Assembly (NCBI RefSeq): GCF_016432865.1
Contig: NC_067401.1
Location: 479,818,001-479,882,000, forward strand
DNA length: 64,000 bases
Direction: 5' to 3'
Source of the DNA: Antechinus flavipes
Lineage: Eukaryota
Shown: piece after piece, positions 51,101 through 64,000 of the stretch
Layout of the letters: each line of letters opens with the position of its first letter
Position numbering within the stretch: position 1 is the stretch's first letter
Notes under the pieces: generated by a model
Seen by the model: the letters and a program-made list of their open reading frames with translations, nothing else
Told to the model about the DNA's origin: nothing
Databases searched by the model: none
Made by a program: the position numbers and the translations under genes

Positions 51101-52526
51101 TAGGGAAGATAGGGGACAATAGCTAGCAGAGATGGATGGATCAGATGTGGGGAGTTTTAAGATTGGGGGAGACATGGGTGTATTTGTGGGCAATAAGGGA
51201 ACATCTCGGAGATTGGGAGAGATCAGTGCTCAGTAAGAGAACGAGGATGACAGGTGGGCAGTCTGCTGGAGAAGAAGGAAGGGAAAGGAAGGGAATCACT
51301 TGTACGTATTTACCTTGTCCAGGAGTGAGACCACCTCTTTATGTGATAGGAGGAATCTGAGTGAAACAAAGAGGGGAGAAGAGGGAACTCCTGGCAGATG
51401 CCTTGGTTTTTCCTGTGAAACAGGCAGATTTCTCAGCTGAAAGGGTGGGGGAAAGGGGGAGCCATGGAATGTTTGAGGAGGGATTAGAAGACTTGGAAGA
51501 GCTGCCATGCTGATTGAGAGAATGAGTTGAATTGAGAGAGATGGTAGAATTGCCGAGCAGCAAGGAGGGCCCATTTGAAGTTATATAACAAATATATGTA
51601 TTGGACCCAATAAACATAGTTTTATGATTTGTGTTCAATAACAAATGTTAAGGATGAAAGGCAGCAGAAAATGAGTGATCCAGGATTGGAGTTTGGCAAG
51701 GCAAGATCTTTGACAGAATAATGGGGCAAAGAATTAAGATAAAAGCCCAGGGTATTGGGGAACTGGTTCTGCAAAGGGTCAAGATGGGGAAGGGACTATA
51801 TGGTTGAGACTCATGATGGAAAATGCTGTCCACTTCCAGAGAATGATGAGGTCTGAATGCAGAATGAAGCATGCCATTTTCACTTTGTGTGACTTTTCCC
51901 TTTTGTTCTGTTTATTTCGCAGCATAGATAATGTGGAAATATGTTTCCATAGCTGCTGATTTATAACTTATATCAGATTACTTGCCCTCTTGGGAGTGGG
52001 GGAGAGGAAAGAGAGGAAGGGAGAAAAATCTTATAAAAAATGAATGTTGAAAACTATGTTTATGTGTGATTGGAAAAAATAAGATAAAATAAAAAATAAA
52101 ATACTATTTATAAAAAAAAAAAAAGGAATTGTGAGGTTGAAGGTTTGAAGATAGATGCAAGGCATAGGGGAGGTAGAAAGGCAGCACTCTGCTCAGATAA
52201 GGGAATATTCAGAATTCGTGACCATGGAAGTGGTACCATGTGGGTGATGGCAAGTCAAGACTCTGGCCATCTTTGAATCTGGCCATTTGAGGTCATTTGA
52301 AATAAGTGAATCGAGGGAGTGGAAGGTGAGGATTTTGGAGGTTAAGGGACTGGTCCAGGTCATCCAGCGGAGACAGGATTCCAGCCCTAATCTTCTCCTA
52401 ATCCTGGATGAAACTTTAAAGCCCAGTGAATCCTATGAAACTTTTTGCTATTTCTCAGACTGAGTTTCTGGGCTCACAGATGGGTGAAAGGAAAACTGTG
52501 TTTTCATCACAAACGGGCCCTGCTGA

Positions 52527-52751
<225 letters not shown>

Positions 52752-54689
52752 TGAAGGGTTGGTGAGCACAGAGGGAGCTTCAGAGGTGGCTGAGTCACAG
52801 ACAGGGAGGCCAGCGCAGAGCGTCAGGAAGGCCTGTTGGAGGCCTCTGAAATGCCCTGCTATCTCCTGGTTGGAGGCTCGGACAGCCACAAGCTTAGGAG
52901 TTGGGGCACAAATCAAAGTTTGAGCAGTGGAGTTTCCAACTTCTTGGTAATGGGGATGAATGGCCCCTCAAAGTGAGGCCATTGTTCAGAGGCAGCTGGG
53001 CCATGCAGTAGTGAGAGCCTGAAGTCAGAACGGGCGGTCCTGGGTTCAAGTCTGGCCTGAGGCTCCTGTTTACTTGGGGACTATCCAAGTCACTTTACCT
53101 CTCTGACTTGGTTCCTTCATCTATAAAATAAAAACCTCACAGGGTAATCCTGAGCATCAAATGAAATAAGTAAAGCACTTAGTGCAGTATAAGCATTCTT
53201 TAAATATCAGCTGCTTTTATTAGTATGATGGTAATGATTACCAGCTGTGTGTAACTCTAGGCATGTCATCTCTGCCTGACTCAGTTTATTCAGCTGTACA
53301 GTGGGAATAACAGCACCCACCTTGAAGGATTGTTGTGTCCCCACCTTAGTGAGTAGCTCAGGGCTCTGGCCCAGGCTATCAGAGGCAGGATTTGAACCCA
53401 GGTCTTCCTGGCTCTGAGATGAGCTATCTGTGCACAATTGCATGCTGGCATTCACCCTCCTTATACTAGTAATGGGGAAAACAATCCCTTTGTGCTCTCC
53501 CTGGTCAGACTGAGCTCTCATGGGCAGGTTGGAGAGTGCCGGGGTTCACTGAGCAGCATGGGTTCTGGCCAGATGATGTTGGGAGTTGTGGAGAAAAGAA
53601 GAGACTCAGGAAAGATGTGGCAGTTCTTCAGGGATTCGAGGGGTTGTCATATGCAGGGGGTGTCACCTGTTGTTTGTGGCCCCCAAAGGCCCCTGGAACT
53701 TGGGGAACTACACAGGGTCAAAGTGAAGCTTTAGAGAAGACTTCCCTTCCTCCCAGCTGTCCCAAGTGGAATGCTGGCTCCTCCAGGGAGAGTCTGTGAG
53801 ATGGAACTCTAAGGGAAGCACTTTTGGTCAGTCCTGTCATTAGGAGAGGGCCCTGCCCAAGGCTGGAGGGAATGGGGTTAAAGATTGGAGGAGGGAGGAG
53901 TGACCAGAGGTCAAAGGGAGAGTGGAAGCTGCTGTGGCTGTCTCCTCAGGGACCTGGGAAGCCGGGAGACCAGTGGCCAGGGTGTTGCATGTAAAGGACC
54001 GGGGCAGTTCCTGAGGGATGTGGGAAAAGCCAGGGCAGAATCTTCCAGAGCGCTGCTTTCTTCATAGAATGAATCATCTTAGAGCGGTCATTTGCAGCTT
54101 TAAAGAACCATTGAATTTACTAACCCAGATTGCTTTTTTCTCTTCCTTTCATTCCTTCAACACTGGGGGAAATGGGAAGGAGAGAAGGGGCCGCATAGGG
54201 AATCCCAATATATGAGCATAAGCAAACAAAACAGATCCTGGCATTGGCCAGGGGCAAACTTGTATGTTGCCTTCTGCCCTGAGGTCCTCCCCTCTCTGTC
54301 AGGAGGTGCTCCCTCTGATAGCCATCTCTAGGGATGAGAAAGTGGCTTTTGGAGATAACAGCGAGCGGGACCGCTGCTCTGGACCTATGAGTAGGGTTCT
54401 GACAGATGTCTCTGGGCCTAATGCAGATGGTGGCTTTGCAGCCAGCCCTTTCTGCTTTGCTTATGGAAATGTTTATGTTCATCAGTGTTTGTCCAGTGCA
54501 GAATGACAAAGAGAACTGAACAGCTCTTAAACGATCCTGCTTGTTTGTAGGCTGAGAAGTCGGGGTATTTATCCAAGTGAGACTCTCACACTCCAGTGAC
54601 ACTTACAATGGGATTAAAATCTGGGGAAAATAGCTATCTGTTGTTTAAGAAAGTGACTGCAGTTTTTTTTTCCCTCCTTTTTGTGACAG

Positions 54690-54832
54690 AGGTCATTGTG
54701 GTGACGTCCAAAGATGTGCAGAAGTGTTTGCCGTATACAGATTTCAAGATGAAACTCGATGTGGTGTGTATCACGGATGAGGCCGACATGGGGACAGCCG
54801 ACTCCCTGCGCCATATTTCTCAGAAAATTAAG
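54690..54832 (+). CDS. EIF2B3: eIF2B gamma, second coding exon; the gene continues beyond the window
   Basis: gacag|AG GTC ATT GTG...; [48 protein letters not shown]; donor AAG|gtagga. Confidence 0.95.
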
Positions 54833-57261
54833 GTAGGAGACCTTTTTTCTTTGACATTCATTTTCACTCTGCCGTATACAGTCTTTTAAGAATTGTTTCT
54901 GCCTGGTGAGTCTGTAATCCTGCTGCTGCTGACCTTGTGAGTGACTTTGCTGGTGACTAAAATGGCCTTCTGTCTCATGGACAAAAAAGCCTGGAAGATC
55001 AAGGAGTTTTTAGCTTGCACCACAAGCATCAGAAGTGAACGCTATTAGAGAGTAGTTAGTCAGTGTTTTATGTGTAGGGGAAGAAAGAGGCAATAGGAAA
55101 GCTGACCATGATTTTGGTCATTTCACAAATTGATCACTGGATTTACGTCAGCGAGTAGAGTAGAATTCTGAAAAAATGTGCAGCTTCAAGCCAACCTCTT
55201 TTCTGTTCTTTCTTTCTGAATCTTCCCCTTTTGAGGCAGCCTCTGATTGAGCTGAAGTTTGCCTCTGTACGTTGCCATCTTTTGTTTCAAGTTCAATCCT
55301 TAGGGACTTGGTTAGCTAGAACGATTAGTCTGAGTTGTAAAGAAGCTTCCTCACCATCTTTCTGGTGTGTTTCCATGACTTCTAATTGAAAATTAGGGGT
55401 ATCCTTGGGTATTGTTGGCTTGAGGACCAACAATGGACATAACTTGCTCGGTCTAGTCCAAGGAAATGTTGATGGTCCTTATACCGTCTCCCAGTCAAAC
55501 CTCGAGTTTAGGAGTATTCTCTAGTTATTGAGAGTGACTCTTTGATGATGTGTCTTGACCTCCACCAGCATGCTTCTCTTCAAGATGATTAGTTGAAAAT
55601 CATTATAAGTCGGTCGGCTTTAAGTAGCTTTTAGAAAAGGATATATTTACTAAGGTGGTACAGTAAGACAAGTTGGAATGAAAACATCTCCCCAGAAGTC
55701 TGTGTTCTACTCCTCTGCAAGTACATACCTAGTACTGGGGAAAGTGGGCTCGGGCTTAGAGATGCTATATGGCGAAGGGGCAACACATTTGCTTAGTTGT
55801 CTTTTCTCTCATTTGTGGGATGCTTAGGTTTCTTTCAAACATGGGGAGTCAAGATCTAGTCTGTTGGCTTCCAATGTAGAAACTCCAGTCAGCTGCTGCC
55901 ACCCAGGACAGGTGATTGAAGGATGGTGAAATGATGGGAATTCCAATGTGCTTGGGAGCTTTTGAAGCTTGCAAGGTCCTCCCAGTCTAACCAATCACAG
56001 TACATCACAGATAATGTGAATTTGTGGCTTTCTAAGTCAGTGTGCTCCCTGGGATCAAGTACTATTTGAGTTTACTATTGATGGGGTGAACTGACTTCAG
56101 AAAAAATTCGTGAGATTCAGTGAGGAACAAATTGACCCTGTAGAATTATCTTGTTCTGACAGAGCTGTCCTGTACTGTCACCCATAGTTACCTTGCACAA
56201 CCTGGAGATTAACCTGTAGACATCAACTCCCAGGCTGTCTTGTATAAACAGAATGATCATGGACTCCAGTCTCTTTGGGAGTGAAGGTTGCTATCGGGGA
56301 CCTGGTCTTTTTCTGGAGTCCATTCACCCCATTCTTATCTTAGTGATCTCAGTTACCGTCTCTATGCAGATGATGCCCATAGCTAGATAGCTGTAACTTC
56401 TCTCCTCATCACCAACATGAGGCTTCCCCAAACAGGATGCTAAAGGGGTCTCTGACCCTATGTTAGCCTGTAAGGTGGGGGTCAGGGAGCTGTGGAAGAG
56501 GCCCCTTTGTCAATAACTTCAGGACCACTTAGGGTCTCCCCCTTGCTCCCTGTTCTCTCATCAGCTTTCAGGACTTCAGCATTTGGGTTGACTCCCCTCC
56601 TCTGCCTTTACTTTTGCCCCTTTGGCCCAGCCCAGAGTCTCACCTCAGATCTCCTCCCTTCCTGAGATTAAATCTCCAGCCACATGAGAAGTGTTTCCTT
56701 CTACCTGGGGTTCCCTGCCCTTTCTCCTTTCCCCTCTCTCCCTTACAAGAACCTTTTTCCTCTTACTGTGACCTTTGCCCCTTGACCTCTTCCTCTGTGT
56801 CTTGGCCCCCAGACCTATCCTTGACCACTAGGGTTATTTTTCATTTGACTGCTTCACTGACCATACAAGCCTTTGTCCTCCTGTTTTTCTGATTCTCATC
56901 TGAAAGTCATCATCTTTGGACAACAACGTCACCTGTCTCTTTTCTTGCTTCAGCTCGGTCCTGCTTCAGACATTCCCCCCCCCATCCTTCCCCCATACAC
57001 TTAGAGCTTCTCCATCCTAAATAGATGTGATACCATGCAACTCCTTTTTAAAGAGGGGTTAGGAAATGTTCTCTAGCATTAAGTTTTTCAAAGCCAAACT
57101 CCAGGAAATTTAATGTATTCCCTTCCTTTGGTGATTTTGTGAAATATTTAAAAAAGAAGAAATGATGGTGGGGGGGCGGGGGGACAGACAGGTGCTCTTC
57201 CTTCCTTCAGGTTCTCCTAACAAATAGGCAACTTGTTCTACTTTTGGAAATAATTAGCATT

Positions 57262-58120
57262 TTTAAAAACAATTTTTTTTTATTCTTTCTTTATGCATGG
57301 ATAATTTTACAGCATTGACAATTGCCAAACCTTTTGTTCCAATTTTTCCCCTCCTTCCCCCCATCTTCTCCCCCCAATGGTAGGTGTTAAGTTTGTTAAA
57401 AGTATAAATTAAATACAATATAAGCATACATGTCCTAACAGTTATTTTGCTGCACAAAAAGAATTGGACTTTGAAATAGTGTATTATTTGCCTGTGAAGG
57501 AAATAAAAAATGCAGGTGAACAAAAATATAGGGATAGGGAATTCTATGTAATGGTTCTTAGTCATCTCCAGAGTTCTTTCCCTGGGTATAGCTGGTTCAG
57601 TTCATTTCTGCTCCATTGGAACTGATTTGGTTCATCTCGTTGCTGGAGATGGCCACGGCCATCAGAATTGATCATCATATAGTATTGTTGATGAAGTATA
57701 TGATGATCTCCTGGTCCTGCTCATTTCCCTCAGCATCAGTTCCTGTCAGTCTCTCCAGGCCTTTCTGAAATCCTCCTGCTGGTCATTTCTTACAGAACAA
57801 TAATATTGCATAACATTCATATACCACAATTTATTCAGCCATTGTCCAATTATGGGCATCTACTCAGTTTCTAGTTTCTTGTCACTACAAAGAGACCTGC
57901 CACAAACATTCGTGCACATACAGGTCCCTTTCCCCTCTTTAGTATCTCTTTGGGGTATAAGCCCAGTAGAAACACTGCTGGATCAAAGAGTATGCACAGT
58001 TTGATAACTTTTTGAGCATAGTTCCAAATCATTCTCCAGAATGGCTGGATGTATTGACAATTCCACCAACAATGTATTAGTAGTGTCCCTGTTTTCCCAT
58101 ATCCCTTCCAACATTCAGCA
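57262..58120 (-). mobile_element. L1 3' end (ORF2 C-terminus and 3' UTR), antisense
   Basis: T-rich tail at about 57262-57290; ...gctggatcaaagagtatgcacagtttg...ccttccaacatt. Confidence 0.85.
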
Positions 58121-58559
58121 ATATAATTGACATTTTTTAAAAACGCAAGCTTTAAAAAAAATTCTAATTAATTTTGTCTTTCTTTTATATATTCTATTTC
58201 TATAGTTCCAGTGGTAAAATGTCAGCACTTTGAAGGCAGGCAGATAGGCAGTGACTTCCATTTCTGTCTCTGTATCCCCACCTTACAGTGCCTGTCCAGA
58301 ACCAGGTTTGGGGAGAGATGGATGAATGGATCCCTGGTCCTTGACTTGGCCAATGTGAATGAAGGTCCTGCCTCTGACTGAGAAGCCCCCCTGCTTCCTC
58401 CCTTTTCACTCCAGCTGAATCCCTGGACCCTTTGGGCCCCAGGACACCAGGTGGTAACTGTGGATTTGCTGCCATCCACTGGTAGTCTAGGGTACCTGTC
58501 CCTGGTGTCTAGTGTCAGATTGTTGGTCTTACATTCTAATTCAAGTTTCTGTTTCATTG

Positions 58560-59860
58560 GCTTTTTCTAGATCGTGCTTTAGAGCTGCACAAAGACAAGT
58601 CATACCAAAGAAGAACTAGAGCTCACTATTGACTACAAAATAGAAAATTTGGTTATATCAAATTGAAAAATTTTTGTACAAACAAAACTAATGCAGACAA
58701 GATTAGAAGGGAAACAATAAACTGGGAAAACATTTTTACAATCAAAGGTTCTGATAAAGGCCTCATTTCCAAAATATATAGAGAATTGGCTCTAATTTAT
58801 AAGAAATCAAGCCATTCTCCAATTGATAAATGGTCAAAGGATATAAACAGACAATTCTCAGATGAAGAAATTAAAACTATTTCTAGACATATGAAAATAA
58901 GCTCCAAATCATTATTAATCGCAGAGAAATGCAAATTAAGACAACTCTGAGATACCACTATACACCTGTCAGATTGGCTAGAGTGACAGGGAAAGATAAT
59001 GGGGAATGTTGGAGGGGATATGGGAAAACAGGGACACTGATACATTGTTGGTGGAATTGTGAACACATCCAGCCATTCTGGAGAGCAATTTGGAGCTATG
59101 CTCAAAAAGGTATCAAAGTGTGCATACCCTTTGACCCAGCAGTGTTTCTACTAGGCTTATACCCCAAAAAGATACTAAAGAAGGGAAAGGGACCTGTATG
59201 TGCCAAAATGTTTGTGGCAGCCCTGTTTGTAGTGGCTAGAAGCTGGAAAATGAATGGATGCTCATCAATTGGAGAATGGCTGAGTAAATTGTGGTACATG
59301 GATGTTATGGAATATTATTGTTCTATAAGAAATGACCAGCAGGATGAATACAGAGAGGACTGGCGAGACTTACATGAACTGATGCTAAGGGAAATGAGCA
59401 GAACCAGGAGATCATTATATACCTCAACGATACTGTTTGAGGATGGATTCTGATGGAAGTGGATCTCTTCGACAAAGAGATCTAACTCAGTTTCAATTGA
59501 TCAAGGATGGACAGAAGCAGCTACACCCAAAGAAAGAACACTGGGAAATGAATATAAACTGCTTGCATTTTTGTTTTTCTTCCCGGGTTATTTCTACTTT
59601 CTGAATCCAATTCTCCCTGTGCAACAAGAGAACTGTTTGGTTCTGCACACATATATTGTATCTATACTGTGACATATTTAACATATATAGGACTGCTTGC
59701 CATCTAGGGGAGGGGGTGGAAGGAGGGAGGGGAAAAATTGGAACAGAAGTGAGTGCAAGGGATAATGTTGTAAAAAATTACCCTGGCATGGATTCTGTCA
59801 ATAAAAAGTTATCAAAAATAAATGAATAAATAAATGAATAAAAATAAATTAAAAAAAAGA
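58560..59860 (+). mobile_element. L1 3' end (ORF2 C-terminal remnant, 3' UTR, A-rich tail)
   Basis: ORF 58929-59453 reads QIKTTLRYHYTPVRLA...CWRGYGKTGTLIHCWW...LLGLYPK...CSSIGEWLSKLWY, the L1 ORF2p C-terminus. Confidence 0.9.
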
Positions 59861-61133
59861 CAGGTCATAAATACTTGGAATCATGATGCCAAGGACCTTC
59901 TGGACTGCCCAGAGGGTGCTGGCTGCAAGTGAGGGTTTAATGCCTCAAGCACCCAGACTTATGCCTCTTGGTGTGGCTGAGTACTTACTTCCTGATCAGT
60001 CAGCCTCAGCTCTGGCATTCTCTGCTTTGGAGGCCCCTTATAACCCTGAGCCTGAGAGCAGGCCTAGACTCAGCTAGCTATTGTAATGGGCCCATTATTT
60101 GGGAGAATTTTCCTTGCTCTTACATGTCCAGGTGCCAGAGGCTGGAACTTAGTCTGCACCTCCTGAGGTTTCTGATTGTATTTTGTGAGGGGAAGTGGGT
60201 GCCTTTTGTCCTGTGTTTCTGCTGAGTCTTTGTCTTCTTGGAGGTCTGATGCTCTTTGGCCCTTTATCCTTTCTGTGAAGTGCTTGAAATTGTTAATGTG
60301 CATAAGGAACTGGGAAAGAGGAAAATGCTTTCATATTTTAGAAGTATTTTCTAAAACACCTGCACAGATTCAACCCAAATAGGAGAAAGGAACCTAGATT
60401 CTTTTATTTCTCCTTGGTGTAGGCTTCTTCCTTGTTGAAGGAACTCAGGATGCAAGTAAGACATATTTAATCTATATCAGATTACTTGTTGCCTTGAGGA
60501 GGGGGTAGGTAAGGAAGGGAGGGAGAAAAACTTGGGACACAAAAGTCTTACAAAAATGAATGTTGAAAGCTATCCTTACATGTATTTGGAAAATAAAATA
60601 CCATTGAAAAATTTTAAAAAGAATACAAGCAAAGGTAGAAATGGGCATCAAGCTCTCCTTGGGAATTGGTGAGTTATCTTCTTCTGATTAAAAGCCAATA
60701 TTTGTAAAAACAAAACAAAACAAAACAAAAACAAAAACCTTGTGTTTCAGGGCTTGCCCCTAAGCCTGGCTAAGATCACATGTTGTGGGGCAGGGAGGTT
60801 CTGTCAGCTGTAGTGATAATGCAAGGGGTTTTAGCCTGAACTCTGCTCCCAGTTTGCTCTGAGACTTTTCCCTTCTCCCAAACATATATTTAAAATGGAC
60901 AAGATTGATTAATGAGCTGAACTGCCTTCTCTATCAAGATTTCCCAGAGATCTTCAGAATCCTCCTGACAAGGCCCCTTTTCAGAGAGATCCCAATTAAC
61001 ATCATTTCACAAGTTTTTTCCCCAGCTTTCTCTTGATTGTAGAATCCTTGCCTGTGGGGAGAGGGCCCCCCACTGTTATCTCACCTCTACTGTCTTTGGA
61101 ACACTACACATAGCCCTGATAATGGCCTTGGGT

Positions 61134-61148
61134 CCACCAGGGGGCAGC
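61134..61148 (+). promoter_or_regulatory. Consensus CTCF motif in EIF2B3 intron 3
   Basis: CCACCAGGGGGCAGC matches CCASYAGRKGGCRS with no mismatch. Confidence 0.55.
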
Positions 61149-61940
61149 ATGAGAAGCTGCCATGAATGACAAGCACAGGCTTTCTCCATTCCACCGTCAG
61201 TAGCAGTGCTCCCTGGTGTGACGTGCTTGGCTGCAGGGTGCTGGGGTTCCTTTGCCTCGGCTGAGGTGTTAGTTCCAACCAGGGTGGCTGTCATCCCAGA
61301 CACCCTCAATTCAGCTTAGAACAGGTGCATCTAGTTCAGATCAGGGTTTCCACCGTCCATTCCTTTGCTGGCAGGAAGGGAGAAGGTGAAAAGAGTAAAA
61401 CTAAGAGTACTGGGGAAAGAGCTCTGTATTTAAAGTGAGAAGAACTGGGGTCCTGTCCTGACCATGCTGCTTCCTCATAGTGTGATCTTGGGTGGGTCAC
61501 TTCCCAGCTCTGGCTGGGATTTCATGTCCTTGTGTAAAGTAGAAGGATGCGCTTTAAACTTCCCTTCCAGTTCTAAGTCCCATGATGCTGTCAAGAGCAG
61601 AGAAGAGTCTCTGCTCCATCTCCCTTCCTGTTTTGTTATAACTACATTATTTGTCCATCCCTGGAGCCATTGTCCTCAATCTCTCCTCCCTTTTATGACT
61701 GATTTTGAGACGTTCATCTCCATTCGGTGCTTCTGCTTCTTTCCTTCTCACTCTCTTCTTCACTCTTTGTAAGTCTGACTTCCAAATTCATCATTCCATA
61801 GAAACTACTCTCCCAAGTTTCTGACAATTTCTTAATTGTCAAATCTACTGATCTTTTTTCCATTCTCAATCTTCTTTAGTTCTCTGTAGTCTTTGACCCT
61901 AATGGAGTCAAAGACAGGATTCAGGGAAGACTCGATAGAA

Positions 61941-62142
61941 CCCCACTTCTGGATACTCCCTTTTCTTTGGGAACACTATCAGTTCCCCCACTTCTGGATA
62001 CTTCCTTCTCTTTGGGAACACTATCGGTTCCCCCACTTCTGGATACTCCCTTCTCTTTGGGAACACTATCAGTTCCCCCACTTCTGGATACTCCCTTCTC
62101 TTTGGGAACATTATCGGTTCCCCCACTTCTGGATATTCCTTT
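61941..62142 (+). repeat. 45-bp tandem repeat (x4.4)
   Basis: ccccacttctggatactcccttctctttgggaacactatc(a/g)gttc at 61941, 61986, 62031, 62076 and 62121. Confidence 0.9.
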
Positions 62143-62574
62143 CTCTCCAGGGGTTTCTGTGATACTAATCTCTTCTGGCTCTCCTACCTACTAGACTATT
62201 CCTTTCTCCTTTGCTGGACTTTCATGCAGGCTTAACCTTGTAACTGTAATCCCCAAAGCTCTGGGCGCTGTTCTTTCTATATATTATTTCATTTGGTGAT
62301 CTTCTTAGCACCCACGGATTCCATTATCTCTATGCAGATACCTCCGATTTGTTTAACAGCCCCATCCTCTTTGTTGATCTCCAGTTTTTTTCCCAACTAT
62401 CTGTTGTACATTTCAAACTGCTCCATGTGTGAAGAAGAAGGGCAGGAAAAGACCCATGAAGGACAAACTGAAGGAGGGCCTTTGGGGTAAGGCACCATGG
62501 TTTACATTTTACCCTGCAGGAAGGGAATTCAGCAAAGCCTTTATTATTAGAGATTGGACTAAATAAGCCATCAC

Positions 62575-62765
62575 TGAGCTTCTTCAGAAAAAATCCCCAG
62601 ACTCAGATGGATCCAAAAGTAAATTCTTCCAAATATTTAATGAGCAACTAATCCCAGTGCTGTGTAAACTATTTGAGGAAATGGGGCAAAGAACAAGCCC
62701 TACCAAATTCCTTTTATGACACAAATATGGTGCTGATACCTAAACCAGGAAGAGTGAAAACAGAA
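62575..62765 (+). mobile_element. Internal L1 ORF2 fragment embedded in old L2-like sequence
   Basis: Encodes ...[18 protein letters not shown]..., an L1 ORF2p motif. Confidence 0.65.
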
Positions 62766-64000
62766 ACAGATTTCATTAAACGTGTTCTTCCTACCTTTCC
62801 AGACTGTTCTCATGGTCTCTCCTTTCTTTCTCTCTCCCTCTCTCTCTCCCCTTCCTCCTTTCCTCTCTCCCTCTCCCCCCTCCAGCCAAACTGGTCTACT
62901 TTTTGTTCTCTGTGTACAACATTCCATCCCCCACCTACATATGTTTGCACAGACATTTCTGGGCCCCCTTCCCTTCCCTTGGAGTTTCTCATTCTTTTCC
63001 AGACTCCACACAAGTGTAATCTTCACAGGACCTTTCCTGATCTTGCTGGGTTTTGGTGCGATTCCCCACTTCCCTACCCCAAATTACTTTGTAGAAATGA
63101 TTTTTCTTTATGTCTGTGCACATTTATTCCTAGCAGAATGTCATCTTCTTTCCTCAAGCCTTAGATCTATTTTATTTTTTCCTTTGTATTCCCACTGATT
63201 AATATAGGACCTCAGATGTTAAAAGTGTTTTAAGAAATGCTAGTTGAATGAAATTAAGCCACCCGACTTTCTAAAGTTGGGGCCACAATTTTGGGAGCGA
63301 CCATAGATTAAATACGTGTGATGTAAAGCCCAGAAGATGAGGCTGCTTGTTTCAGACTCCATGGCACCAGTGTTTCTGGGGACCATGCTAACACAGTCTA
63401 ATCAATCACATAATTTTATACCCTGCCCAGGTACCAAATTTCAGTGAAATCTGTTAAAAATTACAGAAGATCCGCTCATTTAAATATGCGTTGGCTGTTG
63501 TTTTGTTTCAACCTGGCAGACAGAACCACAAAACAAAATTAAGATGTTACTTGATACCCTTTAGGAATGTTTCACGTTTCATCGAAATTGGTCAATTCTT
63601 TAGAAAGCGATTGTGGGAAAAACAGAGAATGTGAAGTGGAACTTGATTCCAGTGACAGATCTTATTTCCTATAGTAGCAATCCAAGATTTTAAAACAAAC
63701 AGAATTCTGAAAATCAAATAGGCAAGGAGTTTTTACCTAAGAGAAGTTATAGATGGGATTTAGGATTAGGAGGGACTTCAGGAATTATCTAGTCGACTAC
63801 CTCTTTTCCCCAGTTCTGAGGACTGCATTTTATTTACATTTGATACATTTTTGTGAGTGTCTTTTATTTTTATATCATATATAATTACCGATGTATGCTC
63901 CATCTCCTGCCTCTACTGACATCACTCCTTAATTGAAAAAAATAAAAGAGCAAAAAGCCCTAAACGAGCTAAAAATCAGGTCAGCGGGAAAAGTCAGACA

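Noticed and set aside
58929-59453. 174-aa ORF as a host gene
   Set aside because: It is the C-terminus of L1 ORF2p in a 5'-truncated element.
59880-60000. Possible intronic C/D-box snoRNA (atgatg…ctga)
   Set aside because: The C box is imperfect (AUGAUGC), there is no convincing terminal stem, and no recognisable rRNA guide.

Overview
Eukaryotic window from a marsupial, most likely a dasyurid judging by the SINE, L1 and LTR families. It is syntenic with human 1p34.1. Gene order: intronless HPDL (-, 2511-3695); a selenoprotein P paralogue, SELENOP2/SelPb-like (+, 14328-17504), which lies where placentals have ZSWIM5 and which the ORF track truncates at its in-frame UGA; UROD (-, 19450-22631, 9 coding exons because one intron is precisely lost); HECTD3 (+, 27272-39427, 21 exons plus an exact in-frame tandem copy of exon 16); and the 5' part of EIF2B3 (+, non-coding exon ending 46758, coding exons 52560-52707 and 54690-54832, continuing past the window). 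The most notable system is a complete UGA-recoding cassette: a Sec codon in a U-H-F-C motif, a perfect 15-bp hairpin just downstream that is contiguous only after splicing, and one type II SECIS in the 3' UTR. Other highlights are about 20 tandem CTCF-like motifs in the HECTD3 intron-16 minisatellite, a GATA1::TAL1 plus CACCC module in UROD intron 1, many intronic minisatellites, and a sharp fall in GC content near 40 kb. All coordinates, counts and alignments were read by hand; no database search or folding program was run.
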